Source: Escherichia coli
GTDB lineage: Bacteria > Pseudomonadota > Gammaproteobacteria > Enterobacterales > Enterobacteriaceae
DNA: 64,000 nt
Direction: 5' to 3' (one strand)
Assembly (NCBI RefSeq): GCF_030013205.1
Contig: NZ_CP122648.1
Below the pieces are notes generated by a model, which saw nothing but the letters and a program-made list of their open reading frames with translations, searched no databases and was not told the DNA's origin. A program made the position numbers and the translations under genes. Below, one piece after another: positions 27,531 to 42,198 of this stretch (position 1 is the first letter of the stretch; each line of letters begins with the position of its first letter).

Positions 27531-28490
27531 GTGGCACAACGAGATTATGTACGCCGCAGCCAACCGGCACCTTCGCGGCGAAAAAAGAGCACCTCACGGA
27601 AAAAGCAACGAAATCTGCCTGCGGTTTCTCCCGCTATGGTCGCTATTGCTGCCGCCGTTCTTGTGACCTTTATCGGTGGTCTGTACTTCATTACGCATCA
27701 CAAGAAAGAAGAGTCCGAGACGCTGCAAAGCCAGAAAGTGACCGGAAACGGACTACCACCAAAACCAGAAGAACGCTGGCGCTACATTAAAGAGCTGGAA
27801 AGTCGCCAGCCGGGTGTGCGTGCGCCCACAGAACCTTCTGCCGGTGGTGAAGTGAAAACGCCGGAGCAACTGACACCAGAACAACGCCAGCTTCTTGAAC
27901 AAATGCAGGCTGATATGCGCCAGCAGCCAACGCAGCTGGTTGAAGTTCCGTGGAATGAGCAGACGCCGGAACAGCGTCAGCAAACGCTACAGCGCCAGCG
28001 TCAGGCGCAGCAATTAGCGGAGCAGCAACGCCTGGCTCAGCAGTCGCGTACGACTGAACAAAGCTGGCAGCAGCAGACGCGTACGTCGCAAGCCGCACCG
28101 GTACAGGCGCAACCGCGCCAGTCTAAACCGGCGTCTTCTCAGCAGCCGTACCAGGATCTGCTGCAAACTCCTGCGCACACGACTGCGCAGTCGAAGCCGC
28201 AGCAAGCTGCGCCGGTTGCTCGTGCCGCTGACGCGCCAAAACCGACGGCGGAGAAAAAAGACGAACGCCGCTGGATGGTGCAGTGCGGTTCGTTCAGAGG
28301 CGCGGAACAGGCAGAGACGGTACGTGCTCAGCTGGCGTTTGAAGGCTTTGACTCGAAGATCACCACCAACAATGGCTGGAATCGTGTGGTCATTGGCCCG
28401 GTGAAAGGCAAAGAGAACGCAGACAGCACCCTCAATCGCTTGAAGATGGCGGGTCATACAAACTGCATTCGGCTCGCCGCCGGGGGTTGA
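27531..28490 (+). CDS. ftsN: cell division protein FtsN
   Basis: 319-aa ORF; N-terminal TM, Gln/Pro-rich linker, C-terminal SPOR domain. Confidence 0.9.
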   Translation: MAQRDYVRRSQPAPSRRKKSTSRKKQRNLPAVSPAMVAIAAAVLVTFIGGLYFITHHKKEESETLQSQKVTGNGLPPKPEERWRYIKELESRQPGVRAPTEPSAGGEVKTPEQLTPEQRQLLEQMQADMRQQPTQLVEVPWNEQTPEQRQQTLQRQRQAQQLAEQQRLAQQSRTTEQSWQQQTRTSQAAPVQAQPRQSKPASSQQPYQDLLQTPAHTTAQSKPQQAAPVARAADAPKPTAEKKDERRWMVQCGSFRGAEQAETVRAQLAFEGFDSKITTNNGWNRVVIGPVKGKENADSTLNRLKMAGHTNCIRLAAGG

Positions 28491-28582
28491 AACCCTCAAA
28501 ATCCCCCCCATCTATAATTGCATTATGCCCCGTACTTTTGTACGGGGTTTGTACTCTGTATTCGTAACCAAGGGGTCAGCTC

Positions 28583-29113
28583 GTGACAACTATAGTAAGC
28601 GTACGCCGTAACGGCCATGTGGTCATCGCTGGTGATGGTCAGGCCACGTTGGGCAATACCGTAATGAAAGGCAACGTGAAAAAGGTCCGCCGTCTGTACA
28701 ACGACAAAGTCATCGCGGGCTTTGCGGGCGGTACTGCGGATGCTTTTACGCTGTTCGAACTGTTTGAACGCAAACTGGAAATGCATCAGGGCCATCTGGT
28801 CAAAGCCGCCGTTGAGCTGGCAAAAGACTGGCGTACCGATCGCATGCTGCGCAAACTTGAAGCACTGCTGGCAGTCGCGGATGAAACTGCATCGCTTATC
28901 ATCACCGGTAACGGTGACGTGGTGCAGCCAGAAAACGATCTTATTGCTATCGGCTCCGGCGGCCCTTACGCCCAGGCTGCGGCGCGCGCGCTGTTAGAAA
29001 ACACTGAACTTAGCGCCCGTGAAATTGCTGAAAAGGCGTTGGATATTGCAGGCGACATTTGCATCTATACCAACCATTTCCACACCATCGAAGAATTAAG
29101 CTACAAAGCGTAA
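28583..29113 (+). CDS. hslV: ATP-dependent protease subunit HslV
   Basis: 176-aa [27 protein letters not shown]… (N-terminal Thr nucleophile). Confidence 0.95.
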
Positions 29114-29122
29114 GGATCTCCC

Positions 29123-30454
29123 ATGTCTGAAATGACCCCACGCGAAATCGTCAGCGAACTGGATAAGCACATCATCGGCCAGGACAACGCCAAGCGTTCT
29201 GTGGCGATTGCTCTGCGTAACCGCTGGCGTCGCATGCAGCTCAACGAAGAGCTGCGCCATGAAGTGACCCCGAAAAATATCCTGATGATCGGCCCGACCG
29301 GTGTCGGTAAAACTGAAATCGCCCGTCGTCTGGCTAAGCTGGCGAATGCGCCGTTCATCAAAGTTGAAGCGACCAAATTCACCGAAGTGGGCTATGTCGG
29401 TAAGGAAGTGGATTCTATTATTCGCGATCTGACCGATGCCGCCGTGAAAATGGTACGCGTACAGGCTATCGAGAAAAACCGTTATCGCGCTGAAGAACTG
29501 GCAGAAGAACGTATTCTCGACGTGCTGATCCCACCTGCTAAAAACAACTGGGGACAGACCGAACAGCAGCAGGAACCGTCCGCTGCTCGTCAGGCATTCC
29601 GCAAGAAACTGCGTGAAGGCCAGCTTGATGACAAAGAAATCGAGATCGATCTTGCCGCAGCACCGATGGGCGTTGAAATTATGGCTCCTCCGGGAATGGA
29701 AGAGATGACCAGCCAGCTGCAGTCCATGTTCCAGAACCTGGGCGGCCAGAAGCAAAAAGCACGTAAGCTGAAAATCAAAGACGCCATGAAGCTGCTGATT
29801 GAAGAAGAAGCGGCGAAACTGGTGAATCCGGAAGAGCTGAAGCAAGACGCTATCGACGCTGTTGAGCAGCACGGGATCGTGTTTATCGACGAAATCGACA
29901 AAATCTGTAAGCGCGGCGAGTCTTCCGGTCCGGATGTTTCTCGTGAAGGTGTTCAGCGTGACCTGCTGCCGCTGGTAGAAGGTTGCACCGTTTCCACCAA
30001 ACACGGGATGGTCAAAACTGACCACATTCTGTTTATCGCTTCTGGCGCGTTCCAGATTGCGAAACCGTCTGACCTGATCCCGGAACTGCAAGGTCGTCTG
30101 CCGATCCGTGTTGAGCTGCAGGCACTGACCACCAGCGACTTCGAGCGTATTCTGACCGAGCCGAATGCCTCTATCACCGTGCAGTACAAAGCACTGATGG
30201 CGACTGAAGGCGTAAATATCGAGTTTACCGACTCCGGTATTAAGCGCATCGCGGAAGCGGCATGGCAGGTGAACGAATCTACCGAAAACATCGGTGCTCG
30301 TCGTTTACATACCGTTCTGGAGCGTTTAATGGAAGAGATTTCCTACGACGCCAGCGATTTAAGCGGTCAAACCATCACTATTGACGCAGATTATGTGAGC
30401 AAACATCTGGATGCGTTGGTGGCAGATGAAGATCTGAGCCGTTTTATCCTATAA
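29123..30454 (+). CDS. hslU: ATP-dependent protease ATPase subunit HslU
   Basis: 443-aa ORF; Walker [16 protein letters not shown]. Confidence 0.95.
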
Positions 30455-30520
30455 TCGCGTTCAATCATTTTCATCATTGTTTGATGGGGCTGAAAGGCCC
30501 CATTTTTATTGGCGCGTATT

Positions 30521-31447
30521 ATGACTGAACAACAAATTAGCCGAACTCAGGCGTGGCTGGAAAGTTTACGACCTAAAACCCTCCCCCTCGCCTTTGCTGC
30601 AATTATCGTCGGGACGGCGCTGGCATGGTGGCAAGGTCACTTCGATCCGCTGGTCGCCCTGCTGGCACTGATTACCGCCGGGCTATTACAGATCCTTTCT
30701 AACCTCGCCAATGATTACGGCGATGCGGTAAAAGGCAGCGATAAACCTGACCGTATCGGACCGCTACGCGGCATGCAAAAAGGGGTCATTACCCAGCAAG
30801 AGATGAAACGGGCGCTCATTATTACCGTCGTGCTCATCTGTCTCTCCGGGCTGGCACTGGTTGCAGTGGCGTGCCATACGCTGGCCGATTTTGTCGGCTT
30901 CCTGATTCTTGGCGGGTTGTCGATCATTGCCGCTATCACCTACACCGTGGGCAATCGTCCTTATGGTTATATCGGTCTGGGTGATATTTCCGTACTGGTT
31001 TTCTTTGGCTGGTTGAGCGTCATGGGCAGCTGGTATTTACAGGCTCATACATTGATTCCGGCACTGATCCTTCCGGCGACCGCATGCGGCCTGCTGGCAA
31101 CGGCAGTACTGAACATTAATAACCTGCGTGATATCAATAGCGACCGCGAAAATGGCAAAAACACGCTGGTGGTGCGCTTAGGTGAAGTGAACGCGCGTCG
31201 TTATCATGCCTGCCTGCTGATGGGCTCTCTGGTGTGCCTGGCGCTGTTTAATCTCTTTTCGCTGCATAGCCTGTGGGGCTGGCTGTTCCTGCTGGCGGCA
31301 CCATTACTGGTGAAGCAAGCCCGTTATGTGATGCGGGAAATGGACCCGGTGGCGATGCGACCGATGCTGGAACGCACTGTCAAGGGAGCGTTACTGACTA
31401 ACCTGCTGTTTGTTTTAGGGATATTCCTAAGCCAGTGGGCAGCATAA
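30521..31447 (+). CDS. menA: 1,4-dihydroxy-2-naphthoate octaprenyltransferase
   Basis: ORF 30509..31447 trimmed to MTEQQISRTQAW (308 aa); UbiA-family membrane prenyltransferase. Confidence 0.9.
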   Translation: MTEQQISRTQAWLESLRPKTLPLAFAAIIVGTALAWWQGHFDPLVALLALITAGLLQILSNLANDYGDAVKGSDKPDRIGPLRGMQKGVITQQEMKRALIITVVLICLSGLALVAVACHTLADFVGFLILGGLSIIAAITYTVGNRPYGYIGLGDISVLVFFGWLSVMGSWYLQAHTLIPALILPATACGLLATAVLNINNLRDINSDRENGKNTLVVRLGEVNARRYHACLLMGSLVCLALFNLFSLHSLWGWLFLLAAPLLVKQARYVMREMDPVAMRPMLERTVKGALLTNLLFVLGIFLSQWAA

Positions 31448-31539
31448 CTGACAAATATCAATTAACAATTGATGATTTTGCCAACAGCCTACATAGCGCG
31501 ATATACTGAAAATTCTCGCAGCAACTGAATGTTAAGCCT

Positions 31540-32025
31540 ATGAAATACGATACTTCCGAGCTTTGTGACATCTATCAAGAAGATGTTAACGTCGTGGAAC
31601 CGCTGTTCTCCAACTTTGGCGGACGGGCGTCGTTTGGCGGACAAATAATCACGGTAAAATGTTTCGAGGACAACGGGTTGCTGTACGATCTGCTCGAACA
31701 GAATGGCCGTGGTCGTGTTCTGGTCGTCGATGGCGGTGGTTCTGTTCGTCGCGCACTGGTCGATGCTGAACTGGCGCGTCTGGCAGTACAAAATGAATGG
31801 GAAGGTCTGGTCATTTACGGCGCGGTGCGTCAGGTAGATGACCTGGAAGAGCTGGATATCGGCATCCAGGCGATGGCGGCAATTCCGGTTGGTGCCTCTG
31901 GCGAAGGCATTGGCGAAAGCGATGTCCGCGTCAATTTTGGCGGTGTCACCTTCTTCTCCGGCGACCATCTTTATGCCGACAATACCGGGATTATTCTTTC
32001 AGAAGATCCGTTGGATATTGAATGA
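31540..32025 (+). CDS. rraA: RNase E inhibitor RraA
   Basis: 161-aa [49 protein letters not shown]…. Confidence 0.9.
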   Translation: MKYDTSELCDIYQEDVNVVEPLFSNFGGRASFGGQIITVKCFEDNGLLYDLLEQNGRGRVLVVDGGGSVRRALVDAELARLAVQNEWEGLVIYGAVRQVDDLEELDIGIQAMAAIPVGASGEGIGESDVRVNFGGVTFFSGDHLYADNTGIILSEDPLDIE

Positions 32026-32032
32026 TAGAAAA

Positions 32033-32055
32033 GGCACCGCAAGGTGCCTTTTTTC
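32033..32055 (+). terminator. rho-independent terminator after rraA
   Basis: GGCACCGCAAGGTGCC followed by TTTTTT. Confidence 0.55.
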
Positions 32056-32109
32056 TGCGTTACCTGTTGGCCTACACAGTAAAGAAATTACGCGGAAGAT
32101 GAAGCGTAA

Positions 32110-32403
<294 letters not shown>

Positions 32404-32579
32404 TTACCGGTGACGCCTTAATAAATACGAGCGCACTTTAGTTAGCTCCGATTGTATGAAGCCGCGCCATCGCTGTCCAGCGGCACGCCTTGCAGATTAC
32501 GGTTTGCCACACTTTTCATCCTTCTCCTGGTGACATAATCCACACCAATCGAAAATGTTAATAAATTTGTTGCGCGAAT

Positions 32580-32779
32580 GATCTAACAAACATGCATCAT
32601 GTACAATCAGATGGAATAAATGGCGCGATAACGCTCATTTTATGACGAAGCACACACATTTTAAGTTCGATATTTCTCGTTTTTGCTCGTTAACGATAAG
32701 TTTACAGCATGCCTACAAGCATCGTGGAGGTCCGTGACTTTCACGCATACAACAAACATTAACTCTTCAGGATCCGATT
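32580..32779 (+). promoter_or_regulatory. glpFK promoter/operator region (GlpR and CRP sites expected)
   Basis: AT-rich leader upstream of glpF with repeated TGCTCGTTAACGATAAG-like operator half-sites; function recalled from family knowledge, not demonstrable from sequence. Confidence 0.4.
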
Positions 32780-35156
<2,377 letters not shown>

Positions 35157-35162
35157 TGTAAA

Positions 35163-35232
35163 TGCCGGATGAAGCGTTTATGCCGCATCCGGTAGTCCTG
35201 AATCGTGCGGGGGCAACCCCGCACACATCAAT
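35163..35232. repeat. REP-like palindromic units / glpK terminator region
   Basis: GCCGGATG…CATCCGGTA inverted repeat then GTGCGGGG-GCAA-CCCCGCAC hairpin. Confidence 0.4.
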
Positions 35233-35290
35233 AATCCCGCCCTTCCCCTGTGCTACACTTCGCGCCATTCCTTACTGCTTAGAGTTTGCT

Positions 35291-36301
35291 ATGAGACGAG
35301 AACTTGCCATCGAATTTTCCCGCGTCACCGAATCAGCGGCGCTGGCTGGCTACAAATGGTTAGGACGCGGCGATAAAAACACCGCGGACGGCGCGGCGGT
35401 AAACGCCATGCGTATTATGCTCAACCAGGTCAACATTGACGGCACCATCGTCATTGGTGAAGGTGAAATCGACGAAGCACCGATGCTCTACATTGGTGAA
35501 AAAGTCGGTACTGGTCGCGGCGACGCGGTAGATATTGCTGTTGATCCGATTGAAGGCACGCGCATGACGGCGATGGGCCAGGCTAACGCGCTGGCGGTGC
35601 TGGCAGTAGGCGATAAAGGCTGCTTCCTCAACGCGCCAGATATGTATATGGAGAAGCTGATCGTCGGACCGGGAGCCAAAGGCACCATTGATCTGAACCT
35701 GCCGCTGGCGGATAACCTGCGCAATGTAGCGGCGGCGCTCGGCAAACCGTTGAGCGAACTGACGGTAACGATTCTGGCTAAACCACGCCACGATGCCGTT
35801 ATCGCTGAAATGCAGCAACTCGGCGTACGCGTATTTGCTATTCCGGATGGCGACGTTGCGGCCTCAATTCTCACCTGTATGCCAGACAGCGAAGTTGACG
35901 TGCTGTACGGTATTGGTGGCGCGCCGGAAGGCGTGGTTTCTGCGGCGGTGATCCGCGCATTAGATGGTGACATGAACGGTCGTCTGCTGGCGCGTCATGA
36001 CGTCAAAGGCGACAACGAAGAGAATCGTCGCATTGGCGAGCAGGAGCTGGCACGCTGCAAAGCGATGGGCATCGAAGCCGGTAAAGTATTGCGTCTGGGC
36101 GATATGGCGCGCAGCGATAACGTCATCTTCTCTGCCACCGGTATTACCAAAGGCGATCTGCTGGAAGGCATTAGCCGCAAAGGCAATATCGCGACTACCG
36201 AAACGCTGCTGATCCGCGGCAAGTCACGCACTATTCGCCGCATTCAGTCCATCCACTATCTGGATCGCAAAGACCCGGAAATGCAGGTGCATATCCTCTG
36301 A
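35291..36301 (+). CDS. glpX: fructose-1,6-bisphosphatase class II
   Basis: ORF 35162..36301 trimmed to MRRELAIEFSRVTE (336 aa). Confidence 0.9.
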   Translation: MRRELAIEFSRVTESAALAGYKWLGRGDKNTADGAAVNAMRIMLNQVNIDGTIVIGEGEIDEAPMLYIGEKVGTGRGDAVDIAVDPIEGTRMTAMGQANALAVLAVGDKGCFLNAPDMYMEKLIVGPGAKGTIDLNLPLADNLRNVAAALGKPLSELTVTILAKPRHDAVIAEMQQLGVRVFAIPDGDVAASILTCMPDSEVDVLYGIGGAPEGVVSAAVIRALDGDMNGRLLARHDVKGDNEENRRIGEQELARCKAMGIEAGKVLRLGDMARSDNVIFSATGITKGDLLEGISRKGNIATTETLLIRGKSRTIRRIQSIHYLDRKDPEMQVHIL

Positions 36302-36323
36302 TTGATTTGATCGATTGAGCCTT

Positions 36324-36349
36324 CCAGTCCTTCGGGACTGGAATTTTTT
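36324..36349 (+). terminator. rho-independent terminator after glpX
   Basis: CCAGTCC-TTCG-GGACTGG followed by AATTTTTTT. Confidence 0.6.
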
Positions 36350-36397
36350 TGTTCGGAGAACGAAGATAAGGCAAGTCAATCAAAACAGGAGAAAAAC

Positions 36398-37144
36398 ATG
36401 GCTGATTGGGTAACAGGCAAAGTCACTAAAGTGCAGAACTGGACCGACGCCCTGTTTAGTCTCACCGTTCACGCCCCCGTGCTTCCGTTTACCGCCGGGC
36501 AATTCACCAAGCTTGGTCTTGAAATTGACGGCGAACGCGTCCAGCGCGCCTACTCCTATGTTAACTCGCCCGATAATCCCGATCTGGAGTTTTACCTGGT
36601 CACCGTCCCCGATGGCAAATTAAGCCCACGACTGGCGGCACTGAAACCGGGCGATGAAGTGCAGGTGGTTAGCGAAGCAGCTGGCTTCTTTGTGCTGGAT
36701 GAAGTACCAGATTGCGAAACGCTATGGATGCTGGCAACCGGTACAGCGATTGGCCCTTATTTATCGATTCTGCAACTGGGCAAAGATTTAGAGCGCTTCA
36801 AAAATCTGGTCCTGGTTCACGCCGCACGTTATGCCGCCGACTTAAGCTATTTGCCACTGATGCAAGAACTGGAAAAACGCTACGAAGGCAAACTGCGCAT
36901 TCAGACGGTGGTCAGTCGGGAAACGGCTGCAGGCTCACTCACCGGGAGAATACCGGCGTTAATTGAAAGTGGTGAACTGGAAAGCGCGGTTGGCCTGCCG
37001 ATGAATAAAGAAACCAGCCATGTGATGCTGTGCGGCAATCCACAGATGGTGCGCGATACGCAACAGTTACTGAAAGAGACCCGGCAGATGACGAAACATT
37101 TACGTCGCCGACCGGGCCATATGACAGCGGAGCATTACTGGTAA
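36398..37144 (+). CDS. fpr: ferredoxin/flavodoxin-NADP+ reductase
   Basis: 248-aa ORF MADWVTGKVTKVQNWTDALFSLTVHAPV…. Confidence 0.9.
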   Translation: MADWVTGKVTKVQNWTDALFSLTVHAPVLPFTAGQFTKLGLEIDGERVQRAYSYVNSPDNPDLEFYLVTVPDGKLSPRLAALKPGDEVQVVSEAAGFFVLDEVPDCETLWMLATGTAIGPYLSILQLGKDLERFKNLVLVHAARYAADLSYLPLMQELEKRYEGKLRIQTVVSRETAAGSLTGRIPALIESGELESAVGLPMNKETSHVMLCGNPQMVRDTQQLLKETRQMTKHLRRRPGHMTAEHYW

Positions 37145-37148
37145 GCGG

Positions 37149-37577
37149 TTACTTATCGATAAACGGCACGATGAGCAAATCCGCACTCAACTTATTGATC
37201 ATCCCGCGATATGCCGGCATCAAACGGTTGATAAATGAGTGGTGATGACCACAGACAAGGAGGTCGCACTGCTCTTTTTGCATAATTTCCAGCAGTGTTT
37301 CCGGCCTTTCTCCGCGTTCAATACGCAGTTTTGTCTTCGGCCATTGAATATTTTTCGTCAGTTTATACAGCTTGTTATCCGACTTATTCTTCAACAATTG
37401 AAGAATATCTTCTGTTGCAGGGAAGTAGATACCCGGATACAACTCGCTTAAGCCATCATCAATATGAATTAACGTCAGGTGAGCGTCATTATGTCTGGCG
37501 AGCTCCAGGGCTTTATTCACCAGTAAGGCATCTTCTTCATTCCCGGAAATTGCCACGCCAATGTGTTTATAAGCCAT
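37149..37577 (-). CDS. uspD: universal stress protein D
   Basis: 142-aa ORF, Usp fold ([16 protein letters not shown]…LLVCGHHH). Confidence 0.85.
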   Translation of the reverse strand: MAYKHIGVAISGNEEDALLVNKALELARHNDAHLTLIHIDDGLSELYPGIYFPATEDILQLLKNKSDNKLYKLTKNIQWPKTKLRIERGERPETLLEIMQKEQCDLLVCGHHHSFINRLMPAYRGMINKLSADLLIVPFIDK

Positions 37578-37603
37578 GTTTAACTCCTTCTAAAGCAACT
37601 CCA

Positions 37604-37903
37604 TCAAGCTAACGAACGCAGTGATAACTCAAAAATAATCATCTCGGCCTGGCATGAGAAGGTGAAGGCCGCATCAAGCTCAACTTGCCCCTCCAGATCC
37701 TTAATCTTATAGGCCACGCTGGCCCCTTCATCTGCAGAGGATGCAGCGGCGGCAAGCTCTTTCAGTTTGGTCATAAAGGACTCTGCTTCTTCGCGGGTGG
37801 CAAAAAAGCGCGAAAACTTACTGGTACAGTTGTCGTTATCAATCACCGTACCGATATCAATCGCACATCCTTTAGTACTGCATTTATCTACGACATCTTT
37901 CAT
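37604..37903 (-). CDS. yiiS: DUF406-family protein
   Basis: 99-aa ORF; synteny. Confidence 0.75.
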   Translation of the reverse strand: MKDVVDKCSTKGCAIDIGTVIDNDNCTSKFSRFFATREEAESFMTKLKELAAAASSADEGASVAYKIKDLEGQVELDAAFTFSCQAEMIIFELSLRSLA

Positions 37904-38114
37904 AGGGCACCTCTGTATATTCGCCTCTCTGTCGATTACGACTTAAGAATAATGCGCCGTTAAGGGAAGAACAAACAAGTAATGATCTTATGGATTACCA
38001 TTTTTTTTGATATTGCTTAAGGTGAAGAGTTCAGAAGGATTTTCCGGGCATTGTCATTTGCATCGAGGAAATAACAATCCCGGAAAAAAATAGCAGTAAG
38101 AGATATATTAAAGG

Positions 38115-38555
38115 TTAATTACTTGATTTATTGTCGGCTTTATACTTCACATCCTGAGTATCTTTACCATATTTATTTTCGCCTTGTGTGCCAACAAACG
38201 CACCAAGATCGATAAGCATCATCACCAGAATCAACGTCGGGACAAAACGCCCCACCGCCCATTGCCAGACACCCGGTAAAATCGCCCAGTTACCCGCCAG
38301 CAGCATCCACGCCACAATCATCAGAAATGCCCATGCGCCGGAACGCCCGCGATCATGCAAGCGCTTAACGGTTACTGCCGCTGTTGGCCAAAGCAAGCAC
38401 ACAAGGCAAAACGCCGCGGTCTGAATATCGAGTAAATTTTTACCCGCCAGTGAGAAAAGCACCAGCATGCCTGCGAACCACAGGCCTATCCAAATCCAGA
38501 AATCACGGCGTCCAATACGCCCTTTGAATGAGAATAACCATTGCTGTATGGTCAT
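38115..38555 (-). CDS. yiiR: DUF805-family inner membrane protein
   Basis: 146-aa ORF with TM helices; synteny. Confidence 0.75.
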   Translation of the reverse strand: MTIQQWLFSFKGRIGRRDFWIWIGLWFAGMLVLFSLAGKNLLDIQTAAFCLVCLLWPTAAVTVKRLHDRGRSGAWAFLMIVAWMLLAGNWAILPGVWQWAVGRFVPTLILVMMLIDLGAFVGTQGENKYGKDTQDVKYKADNKSSN

Positions 38556-38655
38556 GTAAGTTCCTTGATGGTTGTCTTTTCCAGGATTCTACCCTTTTGA
38601 CAAGGGCGACAGATATCGTTTTAATCGGAGCCAGTCATAACAAAAGGTACTGTCA

Positions 38656-39255
38656 ATGAAGCCAGGGTGTACGCTGTTTTTTCTCTTATGTTCTGCATTA
38701 ACCGTTACAACAACGGCGCATGCACAAACACCAGATACGGCAACGACCGCGCCTTATTTGCTGGCTGGAGCCCCTACTTTCGATCTCTCCATCAGCCAGT
38801 TTCGAGAAGACTTTAACAGCCAGAATCCCAGCCTGCCACTGAACGAATTTCGTGCCATCGACAGCAGTCCCGACAAAGCCAATCTCACTCGTGCTGCCAG
38901 TAAAATTAACGAGAACTTGTATGCTTCTACAGCGCTGGAGCGCGGTACCTTAAAAATCAAAAGCATTCAAATGACCTGGCTACCCATCCAGGGGCCAGAG
39001 CAAAAAGCCGCGAAAGCGAAAGCTCAGGAATACATGGCAGCGGTGATCCGCACACTCACCCCATTAATGACCAAAACACAAAGCCAGAAAAAACTGCAGT
39101 CGCTACTAACGGCCGGGAAAAACAAACGTTATTACACCGAGACAGAAGGTGCACTGCGTTATGTTGTCGCGGACAACGGCGAAAAGGGGCTGACCTTCGC
39201 TGTTGAACCGATTAAGCTGGCGCTATCTGAATCGCTTGAAGGTTTGAATAAATGA
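38656..39255 (+). CDS. yiiQ: DUF1454-family periplasmic protein
   Basis: 199-aa ORF with signal peptide; synteny. Confidence 0.75.
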   Translation: MKPGCTLFFLLCSALTVTTTAHAQTPDTATTAPYLLAGAPTFDLSISQFREDFNSQNPSLPLNEFRAIDSSPDKANLTRAASKINENLYASTALERGTLKIKSIQMTWLPIQGPEQKAAKAKAQEYMAAVIRTLTPLMTKTQSQKKLQSLLTAGKNKRYYTETEGALRYVVADNGEKGLTFAVEPIKLALSESLEGLNK

Positions 39256-39362
39256 CAAAAAGCAAAGCCTTTGTGCCGATGAATCTCTATACTGTTTCAC
39301 AGACCTGCTGCCCTGCGGGGCGGCCATCTTCCTTTATTCGCTTATAAGCGTGGAGAATTAAA

Positions 39363-40130
39363 ATGCGACATCCTTTAGTGATGGGTAACTGGAAACTGAA
39401 CGGCAGCCGCCACATGGTTCACGAGCTGGTTTCTAACCTGCGTAAAGAGCTGGCAGGTGTTGCTGGCTGTGCGGTTGCAATCGCACCACCGGAAATGTAC
39501 ATCGATATGGCGAAGCGTGAAGCTGAAGGCAGCCACATCATGCTGGGTGCGCAAAACGTGGACCTGAACCTGTCCGGCGCATTCACCGGTGAAACCTCTG
39601 CTGCTATGCTGAAAGACATCGGCGCACAGTACATCATCATCGGCCACTCTGAACGTCGTACTTACCACAAAGAGTCTGACGAACTGATCGCGAAAAAATT
39701 CGCGGTGCTGAAAGAGCAGGGTCTGACTCCGGTTCTGTGCATCGGTGAAACCGAAGCTGAAAACGAAGCGGGCAAAACTGAAGAAGTTTGTGCACGTCAG
39801 ATCGACGCGGTACTGAAAACTCAGGGTGCTGCGGCATTCGAAGGTGCGGTTATCGCTTACGAACCCGTATGGGCAATCGGTACTGGCAAATCTGCAACTC
39901 CGGCTCAGGCACAGGCTGTTCACAAATTCATCCGTGACCACATCGCTAAAGTTGACGCTAACATCGCTGAACAAGTGATCATTCAGTACGGCGGCTCTGT
40001 AAACGCGTCTAACGCTGCAGAACTGTTTGCTCAACCAGACATCGACGGCGCGCTGGTTGGCGGTGCTTCTCTGAAAGCTGACGCTTTCGCAGTGATCGTT
40101 AAAGCTGCAGAAGCGGCTAAACAGGCTTAA
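39363..40130 (+). CDS. tpiA: triosephosphate isomerase
   Basis: 255-aa [26 protein letters not shown]…IGHSERR…. Confidence 0.95.
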
Positions 40131-40184
40131 GTCTGACAGGTGCCGGATTTCATATCCGGCACTTACTTTCCTTAACTCCTCGCC

Positions 40185-40940
40185 TTAACGCAAAATCTCA
40201 CACTGATGATCCTGGATTTCCTCGGCTGAAGCACGGTTAAGCGTCAGTAGATTTCGTTGTGTCGCCAGCAATACAAATGAGTTATCACTCTGCCGCACCA
40301 TCGCCAGCCCGTAGCTTCCCATATGTTCCCGCGCCTCAGGCACTTCTTCTGCAAGCATCATAAATGGGCTGCGTTGTACCAGTTCGCTTTCCGTTACCCG
40401 ACGCGCCAGGTATTCATGCCCGCGCAAACCACCTGGCAGTGGCAACCAGCGGCTGCTGATGTTCGCCAGATTGTTATCCAGCTGTTCGCGCACATCAGGA
40501 CGAATACAAGAGATATGAATATGAAAATGGTTTTGCGTACGCCCGGTGCGAGAGTTGATCGCCAAAGAAACCGCGCGATCGGGAACCGGCTGGCCGTATT
40601 TTTTGCTCATAAAATCACGCGCCTGCCAGGCCAACCAAAAGAAGTTCGGCGTTGAAGGATCGGTCAACAAAGGACTTTCAGTTCCGTTAATACGATACGT
40701 TGGCATCAACAGATATTGCAGTGGGCCATTAAGATCTTTTAAAACCACGTATCCGGCATTGGGTTTGACTTCCGCACATGGCGAAGGATTTTGATTTTGC
40801 TGCTGATTGGGCAAACATTCCTCAAGGACAATCTTACGTAATGTATCCGACTCTTCACCGGTTAATTTCCAGTAACCAATACCGGCAGCCACAACGGCGA
40901 TAACTATCATCACCAAAAAAAGAAGACCCGCTTTTTTCAT
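40185..40940 (-). CDS. cdh: CDP-diacylglycerol pyrophosphatase
   Basis: ORF 40185..41132 trimmed to [17 protein letters not shown] (251 aa). Confidence 0.9.
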   Translation of the reverse strand: MKKAGLLFLVMIVIAVVAAGIGYWKLTGEESDTLRKIVLEECLPNQQQNQNPSPCAEVKPNAGYVVLKDLNGPLQYLLMPTYRINGTESPLLTDPSTPNFFWLAWQARDFMSKKYGQPVPDRAVSLAINSRTGRTQNHFHIHISCIRPDVREQLDNNLANISSRWLPLPGGLRGHEYLARRVTESELVQRSPFMMLAEEVPEAREHMGSYGLAMVRQSDNSFVLLATQRNLLTLNRASAEEIQDHQCEILR

Positions 40941-41046
40941 CTTTTTTTCCCTGTACCTCAAAGAGATGCAAGGGTAACGCAAAATCGTGACAAATAAAAA
41001 ACCCGGTCGCGAGAAACCACCGGGTTTGATAATTATCCTGGAGAAA

Positions 41047-42036
41047 TCAGCGTTTGCTGATCTGATCGAACGTACCGCCGTTAGCAAAATGCTCTTTTTG
41101 CGCTTTCGTCCAGCCGCCGAACTCTTCATCAATGGTGAATAACTTCAGCTTTGGAAACGCATTTTCGTACTTTTTCGCCACCTCAGCATCGCGCGGACGG
41201 TAGTAGTTTTTCGCGGCAATTTCCTGACCTTCTGGCGAGTAGAGATATTTCAGGTAGGCTTCCGCCACCTCTTTGGTGCCTTTTTTCTCGACCACTTTAT
41301 CGACCACCGACACGGTTGGCTCTGCGAGGATAGACTCACTCGGCGTAACGATTTCGAATTTATCTTTCCCCAGCTCATTCGCTGCCAGCAGAGCTTCGTT
41401 TTCCCAGGCGATCAGTACATCGCCAATCCCGCGCTCGACAAAGGTATTAGTGGAGCCGCGCGCGCCAGAATCCAGAACTTCGACGTTTTTATAAAGTGCC
41501 CGAACAAAATCCTGCGCTTTTGCCTGATCGTTGTTGTTGTGGTGCAGCGCGTAGCCCCAGGCAGCCAGGTAGTTCCAGCGCGCGCCACCAGAGCTTTTCG
41601 GATTAGGCGTGATCACCGAAACACCCAGTTTAATCAGATCGTTCCAGTCATGGATCTGCTTCGGATTGCCCTTACGCACCAGGAAAACAATGGTGGAAGT
41701 GTACGGTGCGGAGTTATCCGGCAGACGTTTGATCCACTCTTTATCAATCCGCCCGCGTTCCGCAATCGCGTCCACGTCATAGGCCAGAGCCAGCGTGACA
41801 ATATCAGCTTCAATACCGTTGATTACCGACGTCGCTTGTTTACCTGAACCACCGTGTGACTGACGAATCACCACGTTATCGCCAGTTTGCTGTTTCCAGT
41901 GGGCGCTGAATGCCTTGTTGTACTGTTCGTACAATTCGCGCGTTGGATCATATGAAACGTTAAGAAGCTGAATATCCTTTGCCATAACGCTGGTTGCCGC
42001 CAGCAAAAATGTTAACCCTACGCCCCACTTGTTCAT
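41047..42036 (-). CDS. sbp: sulfate-binding periplasmic protein
   Basis: 329-aa ORF with signal peptide. Confidence 0.95.
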   Translation of the reverse strand: MNKWGVGLTFLLAATSVMAKDIQLLNVSYDPTRELYEQYNKAFSAHWKQQTGDNVVIRQSHGGSGKQATSVINGIEADIVTLALAYDVDAIAERGRIDKEWIKRLPDNSAPYTSTIVFLVRKGNPKQIHDWNDLIKLGVSVITPNPKSSGGARWNYLAAWGYALHHNNNDQAKAQDFVRALYKNVEVLDSGARGSTNTFVERGIGDVLIAWENEALLAANELGKDKFEIVTPSESILAEPTVSVVDKVVEKKGTKEVAEAYLKYLYSPEGQEIAAKNYYRPRDAEVAKKYENAFPKLKLFTIDEEFGGWTKAQKEHFANGGTFDQISKR

Positions 42037-42198
42037 CGCCCGACTCTCTTATGTTGTGTTGTGATGAGCAAAGCGTGCCAGAAGGTTAACCAAACATTAA
42101 AGAATAAAAAAAGATTGGCTATAACTTGCGGGTATATGTTGAGGGATTAAAAAGGCGGAAGAAATCCGCCTCATATTGCTGACAAAGTGCGCTTTATC

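Noticed and set aside
27753-28511. Several ORFs antisense to ftsN and the Gln/Pro-rich repeats in ftsN itself
   Set aside because: The low-complexity region is the known flexible linker of FtsN, not a repeat element or separate gene; antisense ORFs are artefacts of that composition.
29096-30091. 331-aa minus-strand ORF covering hslU
   Set aside because: Antisense to hslU, whose Walker motifs confirm the plus-strand frame; no evidence for a second gene.
39375-40034. 219-aa minus-strand ORF antisense to tpiA
   Set aside because: Overlaps almost all of tpiA on the opposite strand; spurious.
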